A DNA stretch of 64,000 bases from Okamejei kenojei (GCA_035221665.1 CM069157.1:19778001-19842000), one strand, 5' to 3'. Positions 10,756 through 24,122 are shown, counted from the stretch's first letter. Notes: a model not told the origin generated them from the letters alone. Translations and numbers: made by a program.

Positions 10756-11011
10756 ACACAAGCATCTCAAACCACCAAACATCAGTAGCCCAAACTAGAG
10801 CACTCTCAATCTCACTCCAGCACAACCAATCTACTGACCATCTCATTTCCAACGAGAGTCCACTGCACACCCACCCCCCCCCCCCCCCCCCCCCCAATAT
10901 CCACCCACCAAATTCCACCAGTAGCTCAAACTGGAACACTTACTCGAAAACATATGTCCCTATCCCAGCCATGCTACTGACCCTCTTATCCTGGCCGTGA
11001 AGCACCAACCC

Positions 11012-11078
11012 GGGGCTCATGTTGTCGACCTCCCCGTGGTGAGCCCTGTCAACTGACTTCAGTCAGGCGAACGACAAC
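11012..11078 (+). ncRNA. Predicted HDV-like self-cleaving ribozyme (67 nt)
   Basis: GGGGCUC-AU-GUUGUCG-ACC-UCCCCGU-GGU-GAGCCCU-G-UCAA-CUGAC-UUCA-GUCAG-G-CGAA-CGACAAC: P1 with G1.U, P2, P3, 5-bp P4, canonical J4/2 CGAA (C at 11068). Confidence 0.88.
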
Positions 11079-11210
11079 AAACGGAGACAGCAGCAGCGCC
11101 GTAGCTTGGCGCCAACCCGAAGCATGCGCCCTTTTTAGGGCGGGCACCTACGGATGTCGAACCGGATGGCATCACCCTGCTGCGGACTTCTGTTGCCTCA
11201 AACGCAAGAA
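11012..11210 (+). mobile_element. Ribozyme-headed short retroelement, family B (199 bp)
   Basis: 13-bp TSD GAAGCACCAACCC (10999-11011 / 11211-11223). The 3' end ACGCAAGAA is similar to family A. Confidence 0.88.
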
Positions 11211-11312
11211 GAAGCACCAACCCCATCTCCAACCACCCAACTCCCTCGCCAACCAGCTAATCTTTCCAACATCTGATCACAATCCATGAATTCAGATTCC
11301 ATCTCCCTAACT

Positions 11313-11637
11313 GGGTGGCACAATGGTGCATTTGGTAGATCCACTGCCTCATAGTGCCAGAGTCCCAAGTCCGATCCTGACTTCGAGTGCTGCCTGTGTG
11401 GAGTTTACACGTATTCACTGTGACACACATGGGTTTCCTCCGGATGCTCTGGTTTCCTCCCACATCCCAAAGACGTGCAGGTTTGTAGGTTAATTAGCCT
11501 CAGTTAATTGCTCCCTAGAGTGTGGGGAGTGGATGGGAAAGTAGGATAACCTAGAACCGGTGAATGGGGTGATCAATGGTCTGTTTGGACTCGGTGGGCC
11601 GAAGAGCCTGTTTCAATGCTGTATTTCTAATTTAAAC
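11313..11637 (+). mobile_element. tRNA-derived SINE (HE1/V-SINE-like)
   Basis: Same head, core and tail as 8603-8905. Confidence 0.82.
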
Positions 11638-11889
11638 TGCTGGCCTCGACACCTACCCACCGATCTCCGACTACAAACCTTCCCTATGACCCTCTCTATC
11701 TAACATTCAACACTGGCTTGCGAACTAACTCCCAAACCTAGTTCACCTGATTTCTTTAGCACATTTTGCAACGGTGGAAAATGTGGGTAAAAGGACTTTG
11801 ACTGGAGTTAATAATGGACATTATCTTAAGATTTGTGCATTATTGGATTTCCCAGTGCAGGGCCAGGGGGCAGGAATAGACCTAAGTGT

Positions 11890-12420
11890 CAGACCTCTCA
11901 GCATATCAGGTTGCATCACAGCTTGGTTTGGCAACAGCTCTGCTTCAGACCACAAGAAATTGCAGAGCTATGGATGCAGCCCGGTACACGACACAGGGCA
12001 ACCTCCCCACCATCGACTTCATGTACCCTTTACACTGACTTTTTCACCCGGGTAGGGCAAAGGCTTGAAAGCACAAACCACCAGCTTCTTGGAACAGCTT
12101 CTTCCCAGATCCTGAACAGTGTTCCCATGCATTCGGGTGTAGTCCTGATCTTCCAACCTGCGTCCTTGTGGACCTTGGACTTTTTATTCTGTACCAGTAA
12201 TCTATAATGCTCTAACACTATATTCTTTTTATTCTGTAACAGTACTGCTATAATGCTCTAACACTATATTCTGCATGCAGGCATTTTCTTGCATGATACT
12301 ACGTGTTCACATGTACTGCTGATTGCATTCATGTATAGTATGATTTGACTGGATAGCACACAAACCATGCTTTTCACTGTACCTAGCCACAAACAGTCAT
12401 AATAAGTCAATACCAGTACT
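11890..12420 (+). mobile_element. Old Rex1-type LINE 3' fragment with an internal ~46-bp tandem duplication (12181-12272)
   Basis: SGCITAWFGNSSASDHKKLQ, followed by a 3' UTR containing TTTTCACTGTACCT. Confidence 0.65.
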
Positions 12421-12975
12421 CATTCCAATGGTATGGGACAGACAAGCTGTAGGGCTGCAAAATTCATGAGATCAGTAACAACCTAAGACACAATGATTGA
12501 TGTCAAATGAAGCCAGAGAACATGTCAGGTAGTTGGTGTTTAGTCTCTTGAGGGTAGGGGATGGTTTACTAAACTAGAGATTCATCTGTATCCCAGTATT
12601 TTACCAACAATGTCAGGTTTGGAGGGAACAATCTGCTCCTAGCTCCTTCGCAGGTAGGTGAGAGCGATTGGGGAGGGTGGAAAAATCGAAACAATCCGGG
12701 GGTAGGGAAACAAGTTGAGGGTCTTTGCCGGGGATATATATGGATCATAGGTTTAGAGGGAAAAGTCCGAGGGGATAGGGAAAAGGCAGCAACAAATGAG
12801 ATTGGGAATAGGGGTATCAACAAGTCTGCTCAAATTTGTAAATTTGGGAGTTCACACATTGAGCATTGCACCATTCCAGGATTGCTACACAGAAAATGAG
12901 CCAAAGATTTTGGATTTTAACTTCCTTGCATTCACGATGATGCTACATGGAGAAGGTATGAATAGATACTCTTTG

Positions 12976-13178
12976 GTCATAAGGTCATAAGAAAAAGGAG
13001 TAGAATTAGGCCATTTGGCCCATCAAATCCATTCCGCCATGGCTGATCTACCTCTCCCTCCTAACCCCATTCTCCTGCCTTCTCCCCATACTCTCTCACA
13101 CACCTGCACTAATCAAGAATCTATCTATCACTTCCTTAAAAATATCCACTGACTTGGCCTCCACAGCCTTCTGTGGCC
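12976..13178 (-). mobile_element. CR1 LINE 3' tail fragment
   Basis: GGAGTAGAATTAGGCCATT...CCTGCCTTCTCCCCATA...TTGGCCTCCACAGCC. Confidence 0.8.
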
Positions 13179-14419
13179 TTCTTTGGACTGTGTCGTATGT
13201 CCATTACTTGGACTGTAAGGCTTGGTAGGTCCTGAAAATTATGGCCAGAGAGCAGAGGTGTGGCTGGATGGAGATGGTGAGTGCTGTCCAGTATGGTACT
13301 GTATGGAATGGGTGATTCACTTGAGGGAATTTAACATTCAAGATTATGACCAGAATCTGGAGTTCAGAAGATTGGTCTCTCAGGAGCAGAAGGATTTATG
13401 ATTAATTTATAGATTCCTTGCTTTTTCCGTGATTTTTCCTCTACACATTATGAAGATTGCCTGCTTAAGGCGAAACATATGTTAAAGTCGTATTTGATTA
13501 TGCAAAGGGGACACCTCTTGTTTGTTCTAGCCAATTTGCTGGATGGATTCCCAAACAATCCTGCAAAGTCGTCCCTGAACTTGAAAATAAATGAAGGCAA
13601 TATTGCATAACAGACTCCATGCATAGCTACTGAACAGGATCCACTGAAGCATAAAGCCACATCCTCAGGACCCGTGGTGAGGGCAACTGGCATGTTATCA
13701 AAATGTATGCTCTGTTCCAGATAGAGAAAGAGGATTGATAGTTTGAAAGCAATAATTTAAACCAAAGTAAAAAAAACTATGCATCCATCTATTAGAAGAG
13801 TGGGGGAAGAAAAATAATCAGTTCACTTCAATAAGTATGATATACTCCAGTAGTGAAAATATTAGCTGTTAGTGTTCTTATCCAATCCACACTTTGTAAC
13901 TGTTCTTGGAGTGATTTGTATTTACCAATGCTTTTAACAAATGGCAGGATTTATAATGTAAAGCGAGTGCTTGAATTTTATGACAGTTTACGCTCTGTCG
14001 CAAGGCAATATTTCTGTCGCTAATGCTCAATCAAATATGTGCAGCTTGTCTATTAGACTCAAGCTTGCATTGTTATTATTGAACCGGTCGCAACAGACAT
14101 TTGAGAAAAGTTTTGTTGCTTTCAACTTCATGCGTAGCAAATAAATGATGTTTCACCTGATACAGATTAAGGCAGTGTCCACATCAATAATGAACTCAAT
14201 GCAGGAACCAAAGGAAGAGAATATTGGACGAATGGCTAAAAGATTTCGGAAAGACTGAGACTGGCACCCATAAAAATGAAGACAAAACCAGTAGCGAAAG
14301 AAATGAATATGAAAGGAAGAATATACAAAATCCACGTCCCAATATGCAACAACATTCTGTGGTCTCTCTCCACTGAAACAATATTCAAACTCTCACTCTT
14401 GCTACCAAAGTTAATGACC

Positions 14420-14760
14420 TCAAATTCCCCACACTACACTGCATCCGCCAAACTTTTGCCCTCTCACTTCATCCATCAATATCCTCTTGCAGATTATGTT
14501 GCTTGCAGAATGCTTTATACTCTCCCTGTTGGGGCCATCTCTCATGCTTTTATATTCCAGCAAATGACGCAACATTACACTTGGTCCCTTCATTGTGATG
14601 AAATGATTGAGGCCCCACCACTGATTTCTGTGACACCCCACCGCTTGCTAACCTGAACATGATGCATTCACCCCAACTATCTGTTTTTGTTGACACCGAA
14701 ATAGTGAATAAGTCTGAGGGATAAAGTTGCAATGGAATATTGAACTAAAAACAGTTATAG
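14420..14760 (-). pseudogene. Degenerate CR1-like RT fragment
   Basis: Minus-strand GVSQKSVVGPQSF, a degenerate form of GVPQGSVLGP. Confidence 0.45.
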
Positions 14761-17700
14761 AGTGGACCAAAATGGGTTTGAGAAAAAAGTATCTGTAAAA
14801 CTAGAGTATTTTGCTTTGACAAATTAATGGAAAATTGAGTAATGTAAAAGAACAAAGGTATTTGAAGTCATAACTCATTAAAATGGATAGGAAAGGATAT
14901 GGACCAACTCTGAATAAATTAGACTAGCATTGATGGACCATTTTAGTCGGCATGGACAAGCTGGGCAGAAAGGCCTGTTTCTGTATACTGTAGCTATGAC
15001 TCTAAAAGCAGAATCTCAAGGGAATGTCTTTAAAAGTAGGGAAGACTATTCTCTGTTCTGCCAGCAATCTTTGTGTTTATTTGCATTCTTCCATTTATAC
15101 CTGCTCCAAACCTGTGCTTTCTTATTCACTAATAACTTTACTCCCTCTTTCACCCAAACCCAGCATGTCTCACCAGTCAATTCATCTCTCCAGCTCTCTT
15201 CCATAACACGGGCCTTGTCCATTATACTCTCAGCTCTCAATCCTTACTGTGTATCTTAAAAGTTGTTTTACTGCTGAACCTCATCAGTTCGAATGAAAGA
15301 TCGTTAACCTGAAGCATTAACTCTGTTTGTCTCACCACAGATGCTGCCCGACCAGTAGGCTATATCCCTCGGTGATGTTCATACAATGCAGCGTTGATCA
15401 CAGTTTAAATGTACATTTAAGTGTAAACTACATTGATATTGCTTGAGTTTGCAGAATAAAACTGCGGGAAATAACCTCTACCTTCAGGTCCCTTCCCATG
15501 AAAATGTTAACCTCTCTCCGTTCAATGTTTGGAATGTCCTCAAATCATCATTCTTGATAGAGTAGAATATGAGAGAAATTAAACTTTTCTAGCTCTCCAT
15601 AACACAACCCCTGTGTGACTGTACCTTACAAAACTTCCTGCCAGCCCCTGACTTCCCCAATACCAATCACTCTTCATCTCCAATTATGCCCAAGCTTCTT
15701 CTCCTTACCATACTGACCACTGTCCGCTCCCCCAGTCCTCTCCCTATCACCCCCATATGGAAACTACCTACCTCCAATTCTATATCCACACCCCTAATAT
15801 TCATGATCATCTCTCTATCTTCTAGTACTCTATCTCTTCCAACCTTTTCAGTCAGTTTCCACTTCCTTAAATATATGCTAAAGCTCTGCTTCCGGAATCT
15901 TTTTAAGAAAGAGTTACTAAGATTTATGAGAAAGTGGGATAACATAGAAGTAATGTGAATGGGTGATCAGTGTTCAGCATACACAAGATGGGCTGAAGGA
16001 CCTGTTTCCATGTTGTGGCTCTAAAAACCCACAGAGAAAAAACTGTTCGCCTCATATTTGCATTAAATAGTTAACAATTTATTTATAAACAGTTATCCTT
16101 AGTATTAAAATTCCAAATATTTTTTCCATATTCAACAACTCCAGTTGACAAAGTGCATCAAACAAAACTGGTACATCTCTATTTTGTTGATACGTGTGGT
16201 ACAGGGGAAGTGCAACCTTTGGTCCAGGGCCTTCCCAAGGACAAGGGGAACAGGGGCATAGGGATGATTAGATGGTTGAGATTAAAGGGGGGACGTTGGC
16301 TTTAGGGCCTTGTTTCTGGATTGGCAATTTAGAGGCTGTTTTTAATTATCTAAGCATCTTCAATACATGACTCACTGGCAGAAGCAGGTAGAGGCTTTGG
16401 GCATGGCTCACTGGCAGAATCAGGTAGAGGCTTGGACGAAGGTGAGGATCAGACACAATTGTACTGAATAGCAGAGCAAATCTAAGGCATGGATGGTCCA
16501 ATGATTGCTTCATTTCTCATGCTCTTAGACACAGGATAGGTCTAAAGACTGGGCAGTTCTATGCACCTTTTCAGCCATTTCTTACTCAGGGAATTCATTC
16601 ATGCAATCAGAAGCTTCTGAAGCACTGACTGGATACTGCAACCATGGCAGCACAAAGTCAGCATGCAGTATGGATTATAATCAACGGGCACATGTTAAAT
16701 GCACATTGTGACCCCTGCATCAGTTCTTCGTACCAGCATATATGGCCCACAACAGACATAGCACTGTTACTTGGCATGTCAATGATTTCTGCTTGTTAAA
16801 ATCGTAATTGAAGATTTCACTTCATCTGTTCTAACTTGCTACTGGAAATGAATTCATCAATAGTAGAATATTGACAATTGGAAGTGTGGGACATGTTTTT
16901 GTCCACATTTACATTACGTTTGCAAGTTCACTTATAGATCTTTGTAACATTAAGGACCCCAATACAAGTGAGGAAAATTAAAAATATTTCCAATATTAAT
17001 ACTGGCAGGGCGGCGCTAGTTCATAATATATAGGACTGTAGTATCCTAAGTGCTTCCAGCCACTTACCTGCTACAGATCCATTAGCCTAAAATGATCAGA
17101 CTCACACCAATTAATATAAGGGGCACTTGAATGATTTATAAAACAATGTGCTACCCAAGTCTCAGGCCACTTTGTCAGTTCCAGTTGTTTATTTTTAAAC
17201 CGGTGTAGCAAGGCAGCAGATCAGCGACTGTCTGTGCGGAGGTGGGGGATGTGAACTTGACCTCATGCTGCCGAGAGCAGTATCAAAAAGCTTGATCAAC
17301 AAAAGTATGAGAAGAAACCGGGTGCCCTGTGTTGTCTCAAAGAGAGAGGCCTCCACCATTTGCAATAGCAATTGGCAATTAAAATAATCTTTCATGTTCT
17401 ATGCATTTTAAACGTCTGTAATACAGAAATTGTCTACACCCTTTCAACGAAGATTTCCATTGTCTCATATGGACCATGCATGACGAGGCTATGGGAATTA
17501 GAAGGGATGGGACAACCGAGGGATTGAAACAAACCCATGGATGTGAGGGCAAACCCCTGGAGTTCATGGACTCCTTGGAGGCAGCATTGTCCTTTGCCTC
17601 ATGCAAGTTCTCCTTGGAGACAGAGGAATACAAAATACAGCCGACTGGTCACTCTCAAGTGAGCAGGATGTGATTCTAACTGATTTGAAAGGAACTTAAG

Positions 17701-18357
17701 GCAATGCATTTTGATGGATCCAGTACTGACACGTGTATCTATCACCCTGTACGCAATGTGTTGTCTGTCAACTGAAATATCGTTTCTGCGTCAGAGGATA
17801 TTAAGCCAGTTGAAGGCAGTGAAAGAATTACACAGGATGCAAACATTTAACATTACCAAAACTAGCAATTAACCTTCAATGTATGACTAGCTGGATAGAA
17901 TATTGAAAATACGTGAGGACCAGAAGGACATTTTGCAAGCTCGTTGGAAATGACACTAGAAATGAAAAGAAGCTGAATAAACTGTAATTGTTTTGACACC
18001 AGCATTTGAAGCCTTAAGCTAAAGTTTTGAACTGCAACCTGTTGGAGACTCATCAAAACAAATATCATCAACTCCATGGGAGATGCAAAAAAATGCTTTT
18101 GATGGCTCAAGCTAATGTTGCACCAAACAATTCTAGAATGTTTTGTTGTGAAAACCCTGTCCTGACATATTTTATGAAAACTGCCGTGAATGTTGTATAT
18201 GACATGACGATCTGTTGACGCAAATCACATTAAAACGGCAGAAGATAGAGTGGCATGAATTAAGGATAAATTACCAAATGGATATGGATTGTAGGAATAA
18301 ATAGATCATCTACTGAATAATGATGGGCAATTAGTAACCTTACCTGGACCTTTGTAG

Positions 18358-18666
18358 CTTAGTTTTAGTTTAGTTTAGAGATACAGTATAGAAACAGGCC
18401 CTTCGATCCACCAAATCTGTGTGAACCAGTGATCCCTGTACATTTGCGCCATCCTACACACTAGGGACAATTTACCATTTTTACGGAAGCCAATTAACCT
18501 ACAAAAGATGTACGTCTTTGGAGTGTGGGAGGAAACCAGAGCACGTGGGGGAAACCCACATGGGCACGGGGAGAACTCTGTACAGACAGCACCCGTAATT
18601 AGGATTGAACCCGGGACTCTGGAGCTGAAAGACAGCAACGTTACTGTTGCTTCACTGCACCGCCCC
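18358..18666 (-). mobile_element. tRNA-derived SINE (HE1/V-SINE-like)
   Basis: (TTTAG)n tail on the plus strand; reverse complement of the family consensus. Confidence 0.85.
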
Positions 18667-19660
18667 TTGCTAAAACCTTACTAATTTTCAATTTGTATCA
18701 ATAATTTAGCTGAATTTACCGAATACAAACCCCGGTGAGAAGGATGTAAAGGGCCAGAAAGATCCTCATATTGCAGTTAATTGACTGTCCTAATAACTGA
18801 TGGATTGTAAAAATGTGGGAAACTTACCACTATGGTAGGGAAAATGGAAAGGTTGAATATCTTTTAAAAGGCCGGATAATAATAAGCACTTTTCAAGGAG
18901 ATTCAATTAGTTATTTTACTCAAAACTTCATGTATAGCATGCAATGAGTAAGTGTGTTCATCTTTGTTGTAAAGAGTTGGTGTGAAACTGTTGATGTAAT
19001 TAGGACTTTGGTGAGACCGTGTCAGGATTTTGTCTGCTGTTTTGGTTTTCTAATTGGAGTCTAGTAAAAATCCGTGCCTATTTATGAAAATTAATACATT
19101 TACTATGAAAATAGAAAAGCAAATTTGCTGTTCTTTGTATCTGGATCATTGAGCTCATACAAAGTTACATTTGAGATCTGACATTTGAAAAGGAAAATGA
19201 TCACAGTGTCTCATTTGACAAATTTACTTTAAATCACTTCACTTGGTAAAATAGCATCATGCTTTATCAACTATCATTTTATTGTTCGCTGTTGTCACAG
19301 TACAATACACCATAGTCATACAAGGATGAAATGTTACACTTAATTACAATAATCAATGCATAAATTTACATCACATCATTCATGAGAAGTTGCAGAGCAA
19401 GTTTATTTTCAAAGTGGCTGCTGTCACTTTACAGCCAGTTTAATGTATAACAGTATCAGAGTCATCACAAAATATTCACCCAGGAATTTTCCATTCAATC
19501 TTCTTGTCCTTCTTTATGAATTCTAAATAGCCATATCTTTCTGGCTTGTATGTTCTCATCTTTCTATTAATCGTGTCAAACAACTGGTGTATTAAAGCAG
19601 AATTAGTCCAAAAGCGTGGCTGATCTAATTCAAGGTAAAAGTCAGGTATTCAGGTAAGCA

Positions 19661-19975
19661 GGTTTTAGTTTTAGTTTCAGAGATGCAGCATATAAACAGG
19701 CCCTTCGGCCCACCGTGTCCGCACCGACCAGCGATTCCCGTACCCAGTAGCGCTATCCTACACCCTAGGGAGAAGTTATCATTTTTACAGAAGCCAATTA
19801 ACCACAAACCTGTACGTCTTTGGAATGTGGGAAGAAGCTGGTGCACCCGGAGAAAACCCACTCAGTCATGGGGAGAAAGTAACAAACTCCATACAGTTAG
19901 CAACCGGAGTCAGGATCAAACCCGAGTCTCTGGCGGCCTAAGGCAACAACTCTACCACTGTGAAACCGTGGCGTT
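19661..19975 (-). mobile_element. tRNA-derived SINE (HE1/V-SINE-like)
   Basis: Same family: (TTTTAG)n tail on the plus strand and reverse-complement head and core. Confidence 0.85.
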
Positions 19976-22900
19976 CATTTAGTCAGTTTGAAGTCACGAA
20001 AGTAATTCTAATTCACATTATAATGGGTGGGCTGTAATGACAAGAGTTGATAGCAATCTTTCCTGTGCACGGTTGATTGTCAATAGCTGGCCAGTAATGG
20101 GATTGTATTTTCCTGTAAATGAAACAAAGCTATCGCTCAATTATGCAACACCATTTCAACTCATGTATCACTTAACATGGAAATATCCACAATTTGGAAG
20201 TTATTCAGCCTTCTTTCTCACAATTAGACAACAATTTTAGGAAAATTCTGAACTAATATCAGTAGCTGTGCTGGAAGTCTTTGTTGCGTGTGATCTAAGT
20301 ATATTTTAAATAGTGTGCTGAATCATAATTATCATTTCACAAAATATTTGTCACTATAACTTTGAGTTATGTATATTATGACATTTATCATGCATATTAT
20401 GTATATTATTTCTCTTAATCAGATGTGAATGTTCAGATGTATATGTGGCACCCGGTATAATTCTTTGAGAGTTTTAATTAAATATGTGTCCTTTATATTC
20501 CATGTGATGCTGCCTGTGAGTAGATTTTACTGTGAGTGGTTGCTCATCAGATTAACTGGCTGCTGGCCATTGAGGGAAGGTCCTTTAGTGCTGAGGTTTT
20601 TGGGATGCCAACCAGCAGTTGTTTGCCTTTTTTCTTTTTGTTTTCACTTTTAAATTCAAGTTTTTGTGTACCTTGGGTGTTGTGACTGTCGGCAGACCAA
20701 TTTCCCTCCGGGGATGAATAAAGTTTTATTGTATCAAATTGTATCGCAAAGGTACTTGTGTTGTAGGAAGAAAGGCTATTTATGAGGTCTGAGTACAGCA
20801 GACCATGAAAGGGGAATTGAAGAGAGTGGTTCAAATCAAATATTACTCAGGTAACTCTCCTTGCATTTTGTGCCCTGAAAATCAGAATGATACCATCATC
20901 ATTATTTAGAAGTTCATAATAAAGTTACTTGGAAGCAAATATTCTCCATGGCAATAGCTCAAGAGAGCTCAAGTTTCGTTCATTCACTTGCACAATCTCC
21001 AACGGCCCTTTTAGTCCGTCTCCCTCAAGTAAATCACATTTGAAAACATCCTGAATTGGTTTGCCTGAAATCTGTCACTGCCTGTGTCTGGGTTTACATG
21101 TTCAGGGAGTGCCATGCATCACTGAAGGAACAGCAAATCACTTTTCCAACCAAATGTGAGAAAATGTCACTGCTCTGTGCCTATGAGCCTCGAGCTTTTG
21201 GCTGAAGATCCACCTCAGCTGCAGAAAGCTGCAAGGGACATAATATCTCCTTTAGGCTTGAGTGAAAGAAAATGTTAGTCATTCATAAAATCCAAGAGGA
21301 AACTCCAAAACATTTATAATTAAACAAAAACTATTGCATTGTGTCCTTGAGTACTCCATAAAATCTTAAATGAGGAATTATGCCAGTGCTATGCACATAC
21401 AAAGCTGCTTTGAGGAATATTTAGAATGAAAGGTTACTTTCCAATAGACATATAATTTTTATAGCTATTACATTGTAAAGAGATCCCAAAGCACTTCACA
21501 GCAGCATTATCAGTCAAGATTAGACCAGCACACTGCAAACATTGACCTAACACTTTGCCAAAGAGTAATGCTTTAAAGAAGGAGATAGAGCTAGTTGGAA
21601 AGGTTAAAGGGAAAAGCTACGGGGCTCCAGGTATGGGTATTTCAACCAAAGGTGGAACAATAGAGATCAGGTATGTGCAAGGGGCCAGATTTGGAAGAGC
21701 ATTGAGATCCTGGGCAATGTTGAACCAGAAGATCCCGCAGAAGTGGGCAGGGGCAATAAGGAGAATTTTAAAGTAAAGCCTTTCTCGGCCGTGTAGTTTA
21801 ACAAGTACAGAAGTAGTAGGTGAATCCTATTTTGTGCATGTCAGGCTATTGAGAATTATCCAGTGCAAAAAAGAGAAAATCAAAGAGCAAATTAACTTGC
21901 ATCATATTCATGGGTCATTAATTTTAAATGAGGAGAAAGTAAATATTTTTACATGCTTGCCATAGAAGCCATTGGCAAAATTGGATCAAAATTTGAAATG
22001 TGCATTAAATTTGCCAGTTTATCAAGGAATATACATCTGGGAATTTCAAATGTAATGTTACTCCATGAATACCTGCACTTTTTACCCATCCATTCAATAT
22101 TTCTGTCTGCTTTCTTAATAGAAACATTAATACAGAAGAATTGAAAGGAGTGGATTAGGTGTTTGTATAATTGCACTGAAAATGGTAATTTGCCAGACCT
22201 GGAATAATTCTTAGCACTGTCCATGACTGCAATATTCATTGATTTTTTTAAAAAAACATTAGTAGTTGGGTATAACAGGCATCAAAATTACACAAGAAGG
22301 TCATACAACTTATGTTTCCTGTCTCAGTACCAGCTTTTCAACAAGACTATTACTTCAGACTCATTTCTCTGCTCATCCATTATCTTTCCCTTTTAAATAT
22401 TCGAACTCTGCAGACCATAAACAAGAATAACAGTGAGTATGCACGCGTCCAAATGTACAACCATTTTGTCAATGGAAAAAAAAAGATATTTCACTCCGTG
22501 CTGCCCGAGATTTACCAGCTTATAAGTGTATAACACATGCTATTAACTTCAATATGTCCACTCTTGTACATGTGTGCTCTCTTAATGAACTATTCACAAA
22601 GAAGACCTTATTCTATGTTCACACTGACTGGGCCATTTTGGTATAAAGCATGTGATTTAGTTATGTATTTGTACATAATAATTTATACTTTGAATAGTAT
22701 ATGGTGATGTGCTTAATTATGCATGCTTTATTAAAATAAACTGTGCCTTACACCACTTAGGCTTTTAACTAAAAGGCTTTTAACATCATCAGATTAATTG
22801 TGTTGAAAGCCTAGCAAATTTATGTAATACTGTCACTCACAATGTGAAAATCATTATATTAAAATAATGTGTTTACATTTCCTTTAGACATGTAACATTT

Positions 22901-23728
22901 AACATATAGAACCCGTTGGAATATTTTTTGCTGAGACATGGTTGCCTGTATGTACTGTAGGCTGATTGTATCTTGGCAGTGGAATTATTATGCATTTGGC
23001 AGACAGGGCAAATATGATCTACACCACAAATTGATGCTGGATACACAATGGAAATGCACAGATGCCTGTATGAACTACAGACAAACTCCATTAAAACAAG
23101 TGAAAAGAAGCTTGTAAATCTTAAGTGGTAAAAATTGGAATGCAAAGAGATGCAGCCGGTGTCTAAGAAACACAGAGGTTAACAGGTCAGAAGGGGCACT
23201 TTATTAGAGTTGTGAATGAACATGGAGAACCTATTTGGAGGACTTATCAACATAAAAGGGAGGGTAAAGCCGCAGATGGAAATGCAGAATTGCATGGGCT
23301 TTATGGGCACATTCAGCCGGTGTTCATGCTCTCTATGTTTCACCTCACAGTCTATAATCTCTGGTTCCATCAGCATTTCAATTGTTAGATCAAACAGAGA
23401 TGCAGATCTTTGCTGAAAATTAGACTTGCCCACATTACATAACCTGTGTGATTTCTGAAAGTATAAACTGATAGTCGCGCTGCAAGTGGACAGGGCATTG
23501 CGTCTGAGGAAATAAGAAAAACAACTGGGGAGCGATTTGGAGAGACAGAAATAAACAGTGAGAGCTTTAAGGAGCTTGAAGTAAGTCAATTGAAAGTCTT
23601 ATCAGATGGATAGGGAAATAAACAGAGAGAAAGACTGGATGGGGTTGAGAACGAGGAGCGAAATATGAACATCTGAGATTTGGAATTTGTACAATTTGAA
23701 GGAATGCGACAGCATATTTATAATAGTC

Positions 23729-24122
23729 CGTGGATTGTCACCTTGTCGTGGTGGAGAAGCTTGTGTGGTCCTGAGATCCTGAGAGTGAAGCCGTCTGGAG
23801 CTATGCTCCTGGTAGGGCCACCCATGATGGTAAATGTGGAAGGGGAGGTCTCTGACAAAGTGCAATCCAACCGACCTCAACGGTGGAACAGGCGGAGGAT
23901 GATGGCTGACCTTAGTGGAGCGTCATAACGGCTGGGAAGGCGGATGAAGGCTGCGGCAGAAAAGGGTCTCCAGTCATCTTGGACTCCATGCCACTGGGTC
24001 CTGTCAAGGACCGCATGGTGGCTGTCTGTGCACCAGTCTCCCCACGTTAAACAAAGTCATGCACTGGTGTCCTCCAACCCTGGAGACACCCATGGTCAGC
24101 CATGACTAAAGGGGGCCTAAGA
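23729..24122 (+). mobile_element. 394-bp non-autonomous RTE-derived element, copy 2
   Basis: 13-bp TSD ATTTATAATAGTC (23716-23728 / 24123-24135), RTE-like 5' end, homologue at 8122-8517. Confidence 0.78.

Noticed and set aside
10870-10900. Long C/G homopolymers (also ~1979, 25680, 31199) as G-quadruplex elements
   Set aside because: Low-complexity tracts of uncertain assembled length, with no evidence of function.
11140-11172. DVEPDG in the family B body, resembling a 2A ribosome-skipping motif
   Set aside because: It lacks the NPGP required by D(V/I)ExNPGP, and there is no supporting ORF.
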